Shown in pieces: positions 45,098 to 57,992 of a stretch of 64,000 nt of DNA. The DNA is taken from positions 87,866,733 through 87,930,732 of the forward strand of contig NC_092376.1 in NCBI RefSeq assembly GCF_030028105.1, given 5' to 3'. This DNA is from Mobula birostris (Eukaryota). Position 1 is the first letter of the stretch. Every line of letters begins with the position of its first letter. Position numbers and translations under genes: made by a program. The notes beneath the pieces are model-generated. The model was not told the origin of the DNA. It did no database searches and saw only the letters and a list, made by a program, of their open reading frames with translations.

Positions 45098-47655
45098 TGT
45101 GTGCTGGGAACTCAGGGAGGTTGCCAGCATCTCCGAACCATGCATACAGAAGGTGTGTTCAACTGCAGCTCTTGACAGCCTGCATGATGGCAATGGAGAG
45201 GCCCTTGGATTCACTCTGGAGCACCTTCATGTTGAGACTATCATGGATAACACATTTAGTGAGCTGGCCACACTGCGGTTTGAAGGCCGAAGGAAAAATG
45301 GGAAATGGTGACCAACAAGCAGGAAGGTAGTGCAGATGTTCCTTGCAGTCACCTCCCTCCAAAACAGATATACCACTTCAGATAATGTTGGGGGAGATGG
45401 CTCATCAGACAAAGGCAGCAGTAGCCAAGATCATGTCACTGTGAGTGCTGCACAGCAGGACAGTGGAAAAGGGTGGCCAAGCTATTGTGGCATGGAATTC
45501 CGCGGCAATGGGAATAGACAGGCAGCTCTGTAGCCACAAATGGGACTCCTGGTTGCCATGTTGCTTCCCAGGCACAAAGGTCAGGGATGTCTCGAGCAGC
45601 TACAGGGCAGGGGTGAGCAGTCAGTGGACATGGTGGATATCAGTGAAAAAGTGAGGCGAGGTCGCTCAAGCTGAGTTCAAGGAGCTGAGAGATGAACTGA
45701 AAGGCAGCATCTCAATAGTAATAATCTTAGGATTGCTGCATGTGCAATGTTCAAGTCAGAGTAGGAAATGCAGAATAATTGGGATGAATATGTGGCTGAG
45801 CAGTGGTGTGGGGGAGGGTGCATTCAGATCCCTGGGGCATTGGAGGTGGTTCTGCTGGAGATACCAACCAGATGGCATGGTGCACCTGAGCAGGACCATG
45901 ATCGATGTGCCAGGGGGATTGTCTGTTAGTGTATTTGAGGATGGTTTGAAATAATATGGCAGGAGGATGAAAATCTATGCAGAAAGACAGAAGGAAGCAA
46001 TGCAGAGACCAAAGCTAAAGTTAGAAAGAAGTAAAAATGGAGTACAAAAAGTCAAATGCTAATGATAGAATGGTTACTAGTTTCTAAAAGGACAATGAGA
46101 GTAAGAGCTCTTTATCATGAACATCTGGCACAAAGGAGTATGATTTAGAGGCCATCACCGAAACATAGCTGTAGTGATTCAAAACGGTCAAGGCAGTCTT
46201 GAAGAGGACTTCATAGGATGCATCCAGGATAGCTTTCTTAAAGAGTATGCTACTTAAACTACAAGGAAAAATGCTACTTTAGATCTTGATCCTCTTCAAT
46301 GAGGCAGGTAAAGTTAACGACCGTGTAGTTAGGGATCTTCTTGGAAAGGTTGATCACAGCACAATTGAATTTCTCATACTAATAGCAAACTTGCCTAAAC
46401 AAGGGGTACCACAATGGGATGAAGGAGAAGCTGGTTAGATTAGACTGGGACCACAGGCTATATGGTGGAATAATTGAGGAACAATGGAAGACTTTTAAAG
46501 TGATTTCTCACAGTGCTCAATAAAAGTATAGTCTAGTTAAAAGCAAGGACAGTAAGGGTGGGGAGAGCCAATCTTTGATAACTAAAGAAGTAATGGCATG
46601 CATCAAACTAAGATCTTATGCATACAAAGTCAGCAAGAGTGGAGGGGAAGTGGAAGATTGGGGAAAGCAAGGAGCAAAGTGCTTCACGGGACGGCGCTGA
46701 ACTGGAGACCTTCACGGGCAAGTGTAGCGCATCTAAGTGTGCTGATAGCACTAAGTGGAAAAGCAAATTGTGCAGAGGATGTGGAGAGTTTGCAGAGATC
46801 GAAGTAGGTTAAGTGAACGGGCAAGAGTCTGGCAGATGGAATGTAATGATAAATTTTCACCTTGGAAAGAAAAATGAAAGATCAGATTGTTATCAAATGA
46901 TGCAAAAATAAACATGCTGCTATGTAGAGGGACTTGGGAGTGCTTGTGCATGAATCACAAAAGGCTGGTTTAAAGGTGCAGCAGGCTCTCAAGAAGGCAA
47001 ATGGAATGTTGGGTTGCATTACAAGGAAGTTGGAAGTGAAGAGCAGGTTGTGCTGAAACCGTACAGGGTACTGGTAAGGCGACACTTTGTGCAGGAGATG
47101 TGTCCAGTTGCAGCTGTTGACTGACTGCATGATAGCACTGGAGCTGCAGATGGATTCACTCAGTCTGCATTGCTATTCTCCTCAGTTGAGAAAAGATATA
47201 CAGGCCTTGGTGGTGGTGCAGAGGAGGTTCACCAGGTTGATTCCGGAAACAAGGAGATAGGCCAGTGAGGAGAGATTGAGTCGCAAGGGACGCTACTCAC
47301 TAGGATTCACACGAATATGAGGGGATCATATGGAAACATCTGAAAGAGAAGGATAAGAAAGAGCCAGGGAAGTTGTTTTGACTCGTCAGTGGGAGTAGAA
47401 CTAGCCTAAAGATTCAGGGGAGTAGATTTAAAGAAGATGCTTCTCCAAGAGAGTAGTGAATCTGTGGAATTCTCTGCCCAGGGATCAACAGAGGCTATCT
47501 CATAAACTACATTTAAACCACAGATAGATTTTTTGCACAATAGAGGAATTAAGGTTTATAAGGGGAAAAAAGGCAGATAGACTAGATCAGCCAGGATCTT
47601 ACTGAATGGCACAATAGGTTCATGAGTCAAATGGCTGACCCGGGCTCCTGTTCAT
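45098..47655 (+). mobile_element. Old, internally deleted CR1 (ORF1 ZnF/esterase and ORF2 remnants)
   Basis: RRCVQLQLLT; CCFPGTKVRDVS; PDGMVHL; ORF2 remnants; CR1 tail near 47590-47655. Confidence 0.75.
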
Positions 47656-47724
47656 GTTATCATCGTGTGAATCAAAGCTGAATCGGATCGTACATGTATG
47701 CACATTGTGTGATCAGAAAGGGAA

Positions 47725-47890
47725 GTCAAAACAAGATGCAGAAGGTGCAAATCTGAAACAAATGTTTTTAATAATTGCTGGAAGCCCACAACAGCTTAGC
47801 AGCATCTGCGGAAAAAGGAACAGTGAACGTTTCAAATCAAAGACCCTTCACCTGATGATTGGGTCTCAACCTTAAAAGATAAATCTGTGA
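47725..47890. mobile_element. Penelope-type repeat, head-to-head inverted pair
   Basis: - strand tgaagggtctttgatttgaaacgttcactg abuts + strand ctgatgattgggtctcaacc. Confidence 0.55.
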
Positions 47891-49867
47891 TCAAAATTGC
47901 CCAGCTGGGTTTATAGACTGCTGTGATTCAATGGAAAACAATTCTATCAGTCTTTCACTCTAAAAGAAACAAATTCATAAATTCAGCACTGAAAAAGCCA
48001 GAACCACATGATCAAATTTCGAGGCAATTTTACCATTAGTCAGCTTTTCATTTCCACAAATAGCTCTAGTTAAAGTCACAATTAAATATGTTTGTAACTC
48101 AAGAATGTAAGGATATGTTCCTGGTACTTTATTTCATTTGGAGTTTAAAATAGATGTAATTTTATTTAAGAGCTCTGGTTGTTACTTCAGCTCCCAATGA
48201 TGTTCATGTTCGCTGCGTCACATCTTGTTGGGTTTGGCCCATACTGCTCTTGGGACAAATAGTTAATATTGGAAGAAATTTTGATATTTTTGTCAGAGGT
48301 GCATTTCAAGTCACAAAGGGAACTGACAGCCGTGGTCTGTCATCAGCAAAAATGAAGAAAGTGTGGATTTGAGATACAGTAGGTTCCTCTTATTGGCTCT
48401 ACAGAGGAAAGACTAAAGCAGTCCAAAACACATCAATGAATTTAAAACAATGTCAGTTCATTGTCTGGATCTAGTATCATTATATCCCCAATAATAAATA
48501 ATGTTTAAACTTTCTGGAAGTCGACTTCTACTATCTAAAGCTTGCATGAAAGGTTGGAGTAATCAAGCCAAAGGTTGAAACAGGAAAACGTCCTGGATTG
48601 AAAAAGTAATTAACCAAGTGATTTGAGATATTGAAACAAAATAAACTCTTCTACCAGAGCCTATATCCCATTTTGTTAGGCATACCTGTAGTTCAATGGA
48701 CAATACACACAAAGAAGAGTTGCAAGAGTTTTGTTGCAGCCAGGGTGCAGATGTGCTGGCTGCTTGTCAGCAAATTATAGGACAGGAGTCCAATTGATGA
48801 TGTTAGATGATATCATACACCAGAGGAGCTTAACTGTCATCTGAGCTCCTCAACAGGATTACTGCCTCAAATTTACTTGCAGGCATCTGGTAGTGATTTG
48901 AGCAATGCACATATGTTAACTAGTGAATCTTTCACAGAAAAGTTTTATTTTCCATTGTCAGTGAACTGTTTATTTGTTGTGACGTGTCGTCCTTAAGAAG
49001 TACAAAATTTGGTGCAGACTTCAGAGCTTTTTTCTGATGTGCTAAGTGACGTTATTTTAAAAAGTGAAGTTGAAAAGAAATGTACTTTGTGACTGTTTCC
49101 CTAAGAATAGCCTCCTAGTGAGAGTAAGTTTGAAGAGGAATTGCCAGAGAAATCACAGATTTGGATTTGCTGAATTCCTTTCAAAAATAAATAAAGGATT
49201 TTGAATCACAATTTCTGACCATTGACACCAAGTACTTTTGTTTATTAGTCAGAGAAAACACTTTTTTACATCAGCCCTGGTATGCACTGCACACCAAGCA
49301 AACCACAGTATCATTATCCTGACATTCTCATGTACTTGTGTAAGCCTTGATCTGGGAAGTATAAAGCACGCAGAAAGCGTGTCCACTTCACGTATAGTAA
49401 TGCCTCGCTGGTGTTCCCTTACATTCATTAGCAGTCCACCTAGTAGTTCAGTACAGTAATTTCATCAAACTATTATATAGATAATCTTGTTAATTCAAAC
49501 AGCTTTTAGTTATATTGTAGTACTATAATTATAATTTTATACTTGTTTACAATTTCATTTGACAAGTGCATATGTAGATCATGATCAGCTCACTCATTTT
49601 CAGCAAAGAGATGATACAATGATGCTGGAATTGTGACCTAAATATAACAATAATCTCCATCAGTACAATGCCATAAAAACTCAATCACTCTAGAGGTATC
49701 GCTGCTTCTGATTAATTTTGATAGATTTTTGCAGCTCTTTCGCATGATGTCATGAGTCTTTTCTTTCTGACTAGGAGGAGGATTATGAAATTTAATTGGG
49801 CATGCTTCTCTGTGATTTTCAGTCTAAGTATAATTTGCTGAGATGATGCGCCAAAATTCTTTACCTA

Positions 49868-50496
49868 CAAGGGGTGATTGATAAGTTCATGGCCTAAGAT
49901 AGAAAGAGTCAATTTTAGAAAACCTAGCACATTTATTTTTCCTACATTTACACACTTAGTCCAGCAATTGTGGAGCATACGGATCTCTTCTTTGTAGAAG
50001 TCAGCGTCTTGGACCTCCAGAAGTGGTCCACAGCAGGGGTGATTGATAAGTTTGTGGCCTACGGTAGAAGGAGATAAGTTATTAACTTCAAACTTTCTGC
50101 ATTTTCACTCAAAGAGTTGAACTGCATGTGCATGTAACTAGAGTGATATAAGTCATCTCCTTTTACCTTAGGCCACGAACTTATCAATTGCCCCTGCTGT
50201 GGACCACCTAGAGGTCCAAGATGCTCTCGTTACATGCATGTGCAGTTCAACTCTTTGAGTGATAATGCAGAAAGTTTGAATAACTCATCTCCTTCTACCT
50301 TAGGCCACAAACTTATCAATCACCCCTGCTGTGGACCACTTCGACAAAGAAGGGATCCGTATGCTCCATGACCGCTGGACTAAGTGTGTAAGTGTAGGAG
50401 GGGACTACGTTGAAAAATAAATGTTCTAGGTTTTCTAAAATTGACTCCTTCTACCTTAGGCCACAAACTTATCAATCACTCCCCCCCACCCCCGTG
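49868..50496. mobile_element. Mariner-derived fold-back MITE
   Basis: TA TSD at 49866-49867 and 50497-50498; TIR aggggtgattgataagtt...ggcctaaggtagaagga present five times; transposase C-terminus on both arms. Confidence 0.88.
50340..50420 (+). pseudogene. Mariner transposase C-terminal fragment
   Basis: FDKEGIRMLHDRWTKCVSVGGDYVEK* matches the mariner terminal motif GIxxLxxRWxKCVxxxGDYxE. Confidence 0.85.
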
Positions 50497-51154
50497 TATA
50501 CTCAGCGTATGATCATTGACGCTTTGAGGGTGATATTGTAAAATAACTCCAATAGATTTGAATGTAGCAGACAGTACATAAAGTTCACAACTAAATGATG
50601 TGTATGAGAATATCCCTTTATCAGAAGTGGGGCTCTAATTTTATATTTCATATTGTCAGATCAAACAAAAAGAAATCGTAGGATGATAACGGCCATTTAA
50701 TTCAACAACTATCAAACCTATCTTGCAGGTATACATTTCCAACTTCCATGCCAATCATCTTTTTGCACCATTGCCATTTTAAGTGCTTTGTCTTGATTTG
50801 AAACATTGATAGCCAGGCCCACTGGAAACTTGCCTGTACGTCATTTCAACAACTCACTTTCAAAAGTTATTGCACCGAGGGAGAAGATTCAACCCCTCAT
50901 CTCGGCTGAATTCAATGACAAATTGTTAAAGATGAAATATCAAAGTACAAGCATGCCCTTCATTGGTGCTTAAAGAGGCATACGCCTTAATTTCTAAACA
51001 TGAATTAGTAGTGCATGTAGTTCAGTTTGTAACATGAGAGGGGACATTTATAATCAAAAGGGAAACAAAGGTATAAATAAAGGGTGTGAATAAATAATGT
51101 AAGATTTCCACTCTATATCCCATTTCAACTCAGCTGGAATTTGGAATGTGAACT

Positions 51155-51245
51155 CGATTTCTCTCTTCACCGTTGCTTCCTGACCTGCTGAGTGCTTCTA
51201 GTATTTTCTATTTTTATGTTAGATTTCCAACATCTGCTTTTTTTT
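51155..51245 (+). mobile_element. Penelope-type 3' tail
   Basis: gcttcctgacctgctgagtgcttctagtattttc...agatttccaacatctgc. Confidence 0.55.
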
Positions 51246-51277
51246 GATGATTTAAAGCATTTTGATCAGTTTCTTCA

Positions 51278-51581
51278 TAAAGTAAAGGCATCCGTTAGTC
51301 TTGCGAGACCTTGGATCTGCACCTGGAAAGTCTTCACTCTCCAGGGCACAGGTTGTATGGAACACCAGCAGTTGTCCATGCTGCAAGTCTCCCCTCTCCA
51401 TGACATCAATGTTGTCCAAGGGAAGGGCATTAGGACCCATACAGCTTGGCACCAATGTCGTCGCAGAGCAATGTGTGATTAAGTGCCTTACTCAAGGACA
51501 CAACACGTTCCCTCGGCTGGGGCTCAAACTCATGACCTTCAGGCCGCTAGTCCAATGCCTTAACCACTTGGCCACGTGCCC
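51278..51581 (-). mobile_element. tRNA-derived SINE with CORE-like body and RTE-like tail
   Basis: A box tggccaagtgg, B-box-like gagtttgagccc, gtgtccttgagtaaggcactta block, short tttac-repeat tail, imperfect TSD gtttSttcata. Confidence 0.75.
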
Positions 51582-51799
51582 TCACAGGTTTGTTCATACG
51601 TAACCAATATGACTTACAGGTCGGCTTAACTGATAGTCACCATAAAGCTTATAATCAATAGCTGTCTTTCTCCTTACTCAAAGTATTTCTCTGCCTGTAA
51701 AGTTTTTCTATTCTAAAGTATCAAACAAAAGAGGAATGGAGATTTTATTCCCAATGTCTAAACTTGTAAATGTCTTAGATTTTCTTTTCTCTTAGGACA

Positions 51800-52340
51800 G
51801 GATACCTAGACTGGATATATCTATGGATGTACTGTGAAGAGCATTCTGACAGGTTGTTTCATCCTCTGGTGTGGGGGCAGGGGGAGGAGGGTCTACCACA
51901 CAGAATCAAAAGAAGCTACAGAAAGTTGTAAAGTTATTCAGCTCCATCTTGCATACTAGCCTCCATTGTATCCAAAACATCTTCAAGGAGCGGTGCCTCA
52001 GAAAGGCTGCGTCCATTATTAAGGACCCCATCACTCGGGACATGCCCTCGTCTCATCATTACCATCAGGCAGGAGGTACAGAAGCCAAAGGCAAACATTC
52101 AGCAATTTGGGAATGGCTCCTTCCCCTCTGCCATCCGATTTCTGAATGGATATTGAGCCCATAAATACTACCTTACTTTTTTTATTATTTCTGTTCTTGC
52201 ACTACTAGTTTTATATTTAACTATTTAATATACATATATAATTTTTTTTTATATTTATCAGGTATGTATTGTACTGCTGCCACTAAGTTAACAAATTTCA
52301 CAACATCACAATTGCTCACCTTTTCTGATTCTGAGTCTGA
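51800..52340 (+). mobile_element. Rex1-type LINE 3' fragment
   Basis: QKKLQKVV...ERCLRKAASIIKDP; tail tctgattctgagtctga. Confidence 0.75.
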
Positions 52341-52654
52341 TATGTTTAAGAGTCACGCTTATTGTGTTAAAGCTTTCAAAAATGAACTTCACAATACTGA
52401 GGAATAGATCAGGTTGTAATAACATGATCAGCTAAGCAATAAGATGATTGCGTTGGTAATTATGACATTCACTGAAGAAGCATATTATAAAATTGACACT
52501 CTAGAAATTGATCCTGCAAGAGATTGGTTACAACTATACCAGAACAATAGCCTGGCAAAATAAAAACAATAAAGAAAGCACAGGCACAACTTCTTTTAAT
52601 TTTCATATAGTTAGCATTTAACTTTGTTGCCAACATCAGCAGTGAATCCAGTTT

Positions 52655-52895
52655 GATCCTGAATGTGGATCAGCACATTCCCTGTTGCAAAGCGGGTATC
52701 TTCCAGATATTCTGGTTCCTCCCAGGTGCCAAAGATATGCAGTTTGCCTCTATAAATTACCCCTGTAATGTAGGTGAACAGTCGGAGAAGGGGAAGAGAT
52801 CTGATGGGAATGCTAATGCAGGTGGCTGCTGAATGGCCAGCATAGAACAATGGGTGGAAGGACTTATTTCAGCATGGTAGGTCTTGGTGACTCTA
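52655..52895 (+). mobile_element. Degenerate V-SINE (HE1-like) with CR1-type tail
   Basis: V-domain-like gcgggtatcttccagatattctggttcctcccaggtgccaaaga; taaattacccct; CR1-like 3' end. Confidence 0.55.
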
Positions 52896-53039
52896 CGACA
52901 CTATCAGCTCTGCAAGGTGAAGCTATGCTTACTCTCCATTGTTTTATGCTGAGTGTTTCAAAGTTCACCTTTTCACACGTATAAGTGATACTATTGTGCA
53001 CCCTTGTGCTCTGTATCCCACTGCAGCCCAAACTTTCTC

Positions 53040-53410
53040 ATGAAAAAACATTATAGAAACATACTAAGTTCCTAAGGGATTGACAAGGGCTTCCAGTTTG
53101 CCCCGACTGGAGCAGCCAGCAACAACAATCTCTATCTCAGAGTAAGAAGTCATTCAACACTGACATTTCTTTACTTAGAAGTTGGCCAGTCTTTGGACTT
53201 TTCTAGCCAAGAGAATCTTTTGAGTTTTCTGTCCAGCTGTTGAATGTGTGCAGGGCAGAAATCATGGTACAGAAATGAATAGAATCAAGGGATATCGAGT
53301 CAGTTCAAGCAAATGGATTGAGGCGAAAGAATTGCCTTGATCTTATTGAATGGCTGGTCAGGCATGATGGTCAAATGATTAGCTCCTGGTTCTACTTCCA
53401 ATATCCTTAC
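53040..53410 (+). mobile_element. Old CR1 3' end
   Basis: ttatagaaacatactaag...gatcttattgaatggc...ctcctggttcta. Confidence 0.55.
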
Positions 53411-53519
53411 GTTCCAACACGAACAAGACGGTAATTCCTACTTAAAGTTCCACGATCTTTCACACCAGTTAAATAATCTTGTACATTGAAAGAACAGGCA
53501 TCTTCAGATTAAGTATTCG

Positions 53520-54030
53520 CTTGGAATATCGTGTTATTATAGGAAGAATGTGGAAGTTTTAAAGAGGTGCAGAGGAGATTTAACAGGATGCTGCCTAAAT
53601 GAGAGGTCATGTCTTATGTAGAAAGGTTAAGCTAGCTAGGTCTCTTCTCTGGAGTGAAAGAGGATGAGAGGTGACTTGTAAGGGGTGTACAGTATGATAA
53701 GAGACGTAGGTAGTGTGACTAACCAAAGACTTCTTTCCCAAGGCAGAAATGATTAATACAAAGGGGCATAATTTGAAGGTGATTGGAGGAAAGTATGGTG
53801 GAGGCATATCTAAGGAAAATTCCTTACACAGAGAGTGATGGGTGTGTGGAACGCTCTGCCAGGGGTGGTGGTAGATGTAGATATATTAGAGGCATTTAAG
53901 AAACCCTTAAATAGGTACATAGATGATAGAAAAATGAAGGACTATGTTGGAGGAAAGGGGTAGATTGATCTTAGAGTAGGTTAAAAAGTCAGCACTGCAT
54001 CTTGAGCCGAAGGACTATAAAGTTCTATAA
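53520..54030 (+). mobile_element. CR1 3' end
   Basis: gtgcagaggagatttaacaggatgctgcct...aggatgagaggtgact...acacagagagtgatgggtgtgtggaacgctctgcc. Confidence 0.85.
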
Positions 54031-54187
54031 GTCAAGTCAAGTCAAGTCACTTTTTACTGTCATTTCAACCATAACTGCTGGTACAGAACATAATAAAAAT
54101 GAGACAACATTTTCCAGGACCATGGTGCTACATGAAACAATACAAAAACTACACTGAACTACGTAAAAAAGAAACACAAAAACTACT
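54029..54187 (-). mobile_element. LINE 3' tail with (TTGAC)n repeat, Rex/L2-type
   Basis: (aagtc)4 followed by actttttactgtcattt. Confidence 0.55.
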
Positions 54188-55742
54188 ATTTGCATATTGA
54201 AAGGCTGAATTTGCTACAAAACATAGTCTCTATAACTAATTACACATCAACCTAAGTATTCATTTGTTTAAGAAACACTGCATTAATTTATTTACTTTTA
54301 TAGAATATCATCATATGGGAACAGACTGAACATCAAATCTCCACTGAACTTTTCTCCATATCACTGACATCTTGCTTGTTATTTATGTGATACGTGTAAC
54401 AAACTTTTGCAAGCCACTGTCCAGTTTCCTTTCAAAAGGATTTCAGAGACTCATAATAATTGGTGATGCTACATTTCACATACTGACCACCTTCTGAGTA
54501 AAAGACTTTGCTTCTAAGGTTCATTTCTTTTAGTAATTAATCTGTGCTTCTCTTTAGATATTTTCCCAGTCTTTCGCAGTTTACAATATTATAACGTTTC
54601 AGAATTTATCAGGCCACCTATTGATTCACTGTCAGCTTGGGATCAGTTGAAGCCAAGTGGGCATTGAGGACTTGCTATTGAAACAGAAAATGGGTATTGT
54701 TTCTGTAACAGATGGCCAACCCGTAACTTTTCTTCTGTACTGCAGTGGGAAGTTGAAATTGACTTCGTTGTATTTGGACTCAATTATTCCAACATCCTCC
54801 TGAATTCCCTCATTTTATGATGTGTCAAATTGTCATGCAGAAACCTCAGCCTATATCCTAAATCACATTAAATCCTCTTCATCCTTAACTTCGGTATTTG
54901 CTGAATTGCAAGGAAATCCAGTTAAAATTCTTATCTTTGTATAAATGCTTCTCTTTAGCTAAGCACCAGTCTATTTGTAATCTCCAGCAACTCCACAACT
55001 GCAGTCCAATTATGTCCTCTTGAATATTCCCAAATGTAATTGTGTCACCATCAGTATTCACCCTAAGAACATATTGCCAGCATATTTCTGCCTTTCCACC
55101 ACTCTTTCCTACTTTAAGCTGCCCCCTTAAAGCTTTACTCCTTGGGAAAAAACCTCAGCCATCTTCCACCTTAATTCCATCTTGATTAAAAATGCTTCTG
55201 TGAAATGCCCAGGCCATTTTTAGTGTGTATAACATTGTATAAGTGGAAGTTGTTTTTGTTGTTGTCGTTACAGCCAGGAGGAGAATAAGTGGAAATAAAT
55301 CACTTGCACAGCACTTACAAAATGTGTTCAGACATGACAAATATATATCTACAGAGGTAATGTTTATTTGTCAGTCAGCACATTAACATCTTATATTTTG
55401 AGTCTCTTAGCGGTTGGTGCAACTAAATGCAGGAAAGCAAGGAACCAGTGATTTTTAACAAATGAAACAATGCAGTTCCGGAGACCACTGCAATTAATAA
55501 CTTCACCAGTTCTAGCAATGATCTTAGCTCAGCTACATGTTCAGGTTTCTGTGAAAACCAATACCTTTTCCCTTCTACAAAGTTGCAATATTTTTCATTA
55601 CAAAATCCTAGATTTGCTTTGATTCAGCTTCACAATTTTCTCATGTAATCTTATAATATTCACTAGTTTATCATGACAAAGAGTGTGAAATTGTTCTAAA
55701 GCTCAGAAGTAATGCTGTGAAGTGATGGTCCATAGTGGGAAA

Positions 55743-56005
55743 AGGGGCAGAATCGTAGCATAGTGGTCAGCATCGTGCTGTTAAAGATCCAGCAACCTGG
55801 GTTGGATTCCACTGCTGTCTGTTAGGAGTTTGCATGTTCTCCCCATGACCTCGTGGGTTTCCTACATGTGCTCTGGCTTTCTCTCATTTTACTTGCGGGC
55901 TGCCTCTGGCACATCCTTGGACTGACTGTATTCGATCATTAATGCAAACAAGACTTTTCACTGTGTGTTTGATGCACATGTGACAAATAAAACTAATCTT
56001 TGATG
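55743..56005 (+). mobile_element. tRNA-derived V-SINE
   Basis: A box tagcatagtgg, B box ggttggattcc, V domain ggagtttgcatgttctccccatgacctcgtgggtttcct, tail acatgtgacaaataaaacta. Confidence 0.75.
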
Positions 56006-57992
56006 CTTGATCTACTCTTCCTGGCTTGTTCTTTAATGTTTAAATTCCTTTTCCTTAAATGTAGGTAGTGAGGAGAAATAAAGCAGCATCCTAATGCATC
56101 CCGTTTTAAAATGAATAATGGTCGAGGACGTCGACCAATACTTGATGCAATTTACTTCAGAAGACCATGGTTTATAAAAAAGGTCCTGAGATTCTTTATC
56201 ATATGTTCATGAAGTCTTTGACTGTATGTGATCCCACTTGTGGTATGGACTAATGTCAGAAAATTCTCCCTACCATTTACAAATTAATTTAGATGGATAG
56301 TCTGGATTGTATTAATAATCACTGCACTTACTTTTTCTGCAACTGTGACAGAAAAATTGTCACCTATCACATGTAGACCAAAGATTCCTTTTTCTATATG
56401 GCATTTGTAAGGCAACATCGATGAATATTCACCCAGGATTTTGCTTGGATATCCAATATTCAATATTGTAGTCACAGTTAGACAGTTCTGGTATATTACA
56501 CTGCTCTCCTTGTTTAGAAATCAATCTGTGAGAAGGATTCTGCAAGGTCCACTGAACTGAGAATGACTTGGCTGTGTCCAATTTTGGCACCTAAGTCAAT
56601 GTCAGATTGTCTGAATGTACAACTGAGAGGTTATTTCAATGGATGCTTTAATGTCAAACACTTGGGTTGGAGCCAGGAGGGATCTGAGAACTAGAAACCA
56701 ATCTGACTCCCTCCCCAACCACAAAATTCCTCATGACTTGTGCTTCAGGCATAAAGCCCACATCACATCTTTGAATTGCAGACATAAAGCCTATAGGCAA
56801 GAGCTGAACATAAAATAATCCAGAGTGTTGATGCAACTGCAAGCATAACTAAAGCTGTTTACTCTTCTCAAGACATTGTTGTTACTTAAATGTGTTAACT
56901 GCAGTTACATTCATTAGTACTACTAGTGCGGAACATACCAGCAAAGGCTTAAGCCATGCATGACAATCTTAACCAACAGAGTACGTATGGACTTTTGAAT
57001 CTTGAAAATATCCAGACAGTTCAGTAGAATATGAGTTTAATATCCATTATCCCACTAGGGGAAAGGCAATTATGGACTGTGTGTTATGTAAATCTGATTA
57101 GCGAGCTTAAGGTAAAGGAACCCTCAGGAGACAGTGATCATACTATGATATAATAATCCCTGCAGTTTAAGAGGGAGAAGCTAAAATCAGAAGTATTAGC
57201 ATTACAGTGGAGTAAAGGAAACAACCAAGACATGAGAGAGAAGCTGGCTAACGTAGATTGGAAGGGAACACTAGCAGGAATGATGGTAGAACAGCAATTG
57301 CTAGAAATTCAGAAGGTTCAGGATAGATACACCTCAAAGAAGAAGAAATATTCTAAAGAGAGGAATCTGCAACCATGTCTGGCATGGGAAATCAGAGACA
57401 GCATAAAAGCAATAGAATATAGAACATATTAGGGGGAAGCTAAAGGATTGGGAATCTTTTAAAAACCAGCAGAGGAATCTAAAAAGCACGAGGGAGAGAA
57501 AAGATGAAATATGAAGGTAATCTTAGCATATAAGAGATGATACCAAATGTTTATTCAGATATATAAAGAATAAAAGAGAGGTGAGAGTGGATATCAGACC
57601 AGTGGAAAAAGAGGTTGGAGAGGTAGTAATGGGGAGAAAGAAATAGTGGATATACTCAATAAGTACTTTGTATCAGTCTTCACTGCGGAAGACACCAGCT
57701 GTATGACAAGGATTCGAGAGTGCTGGAGTGTAAAAGTGAATGTAGTTGCTGTTACTAAAGAAAAGGTGCTTGGGAAACAGAAAGGTCTGAAGGTAGATAA
57801 GTCACCTGGACCAGAAGGAGCGCACACCAAGGTTCTGAAAGATGGAGCTAAAGAGATTGTGGAGTCATTAATATCAATCTTTCAAGAATCACTAGATTCT
57901 GGAATGGATCCTGAGGACTGAAAAATTGCAAATGACACTCCACTCTTTAAGAAAGGAAGGTGACAAAAGAAAAGATATTATAGTTCAGTATT

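Noticed and set aside
51500-51581. tRNA gene (also 55743-55815)
   Set aside because: A/B boxes run directly into SINE bodies; no complete cloverleaf.
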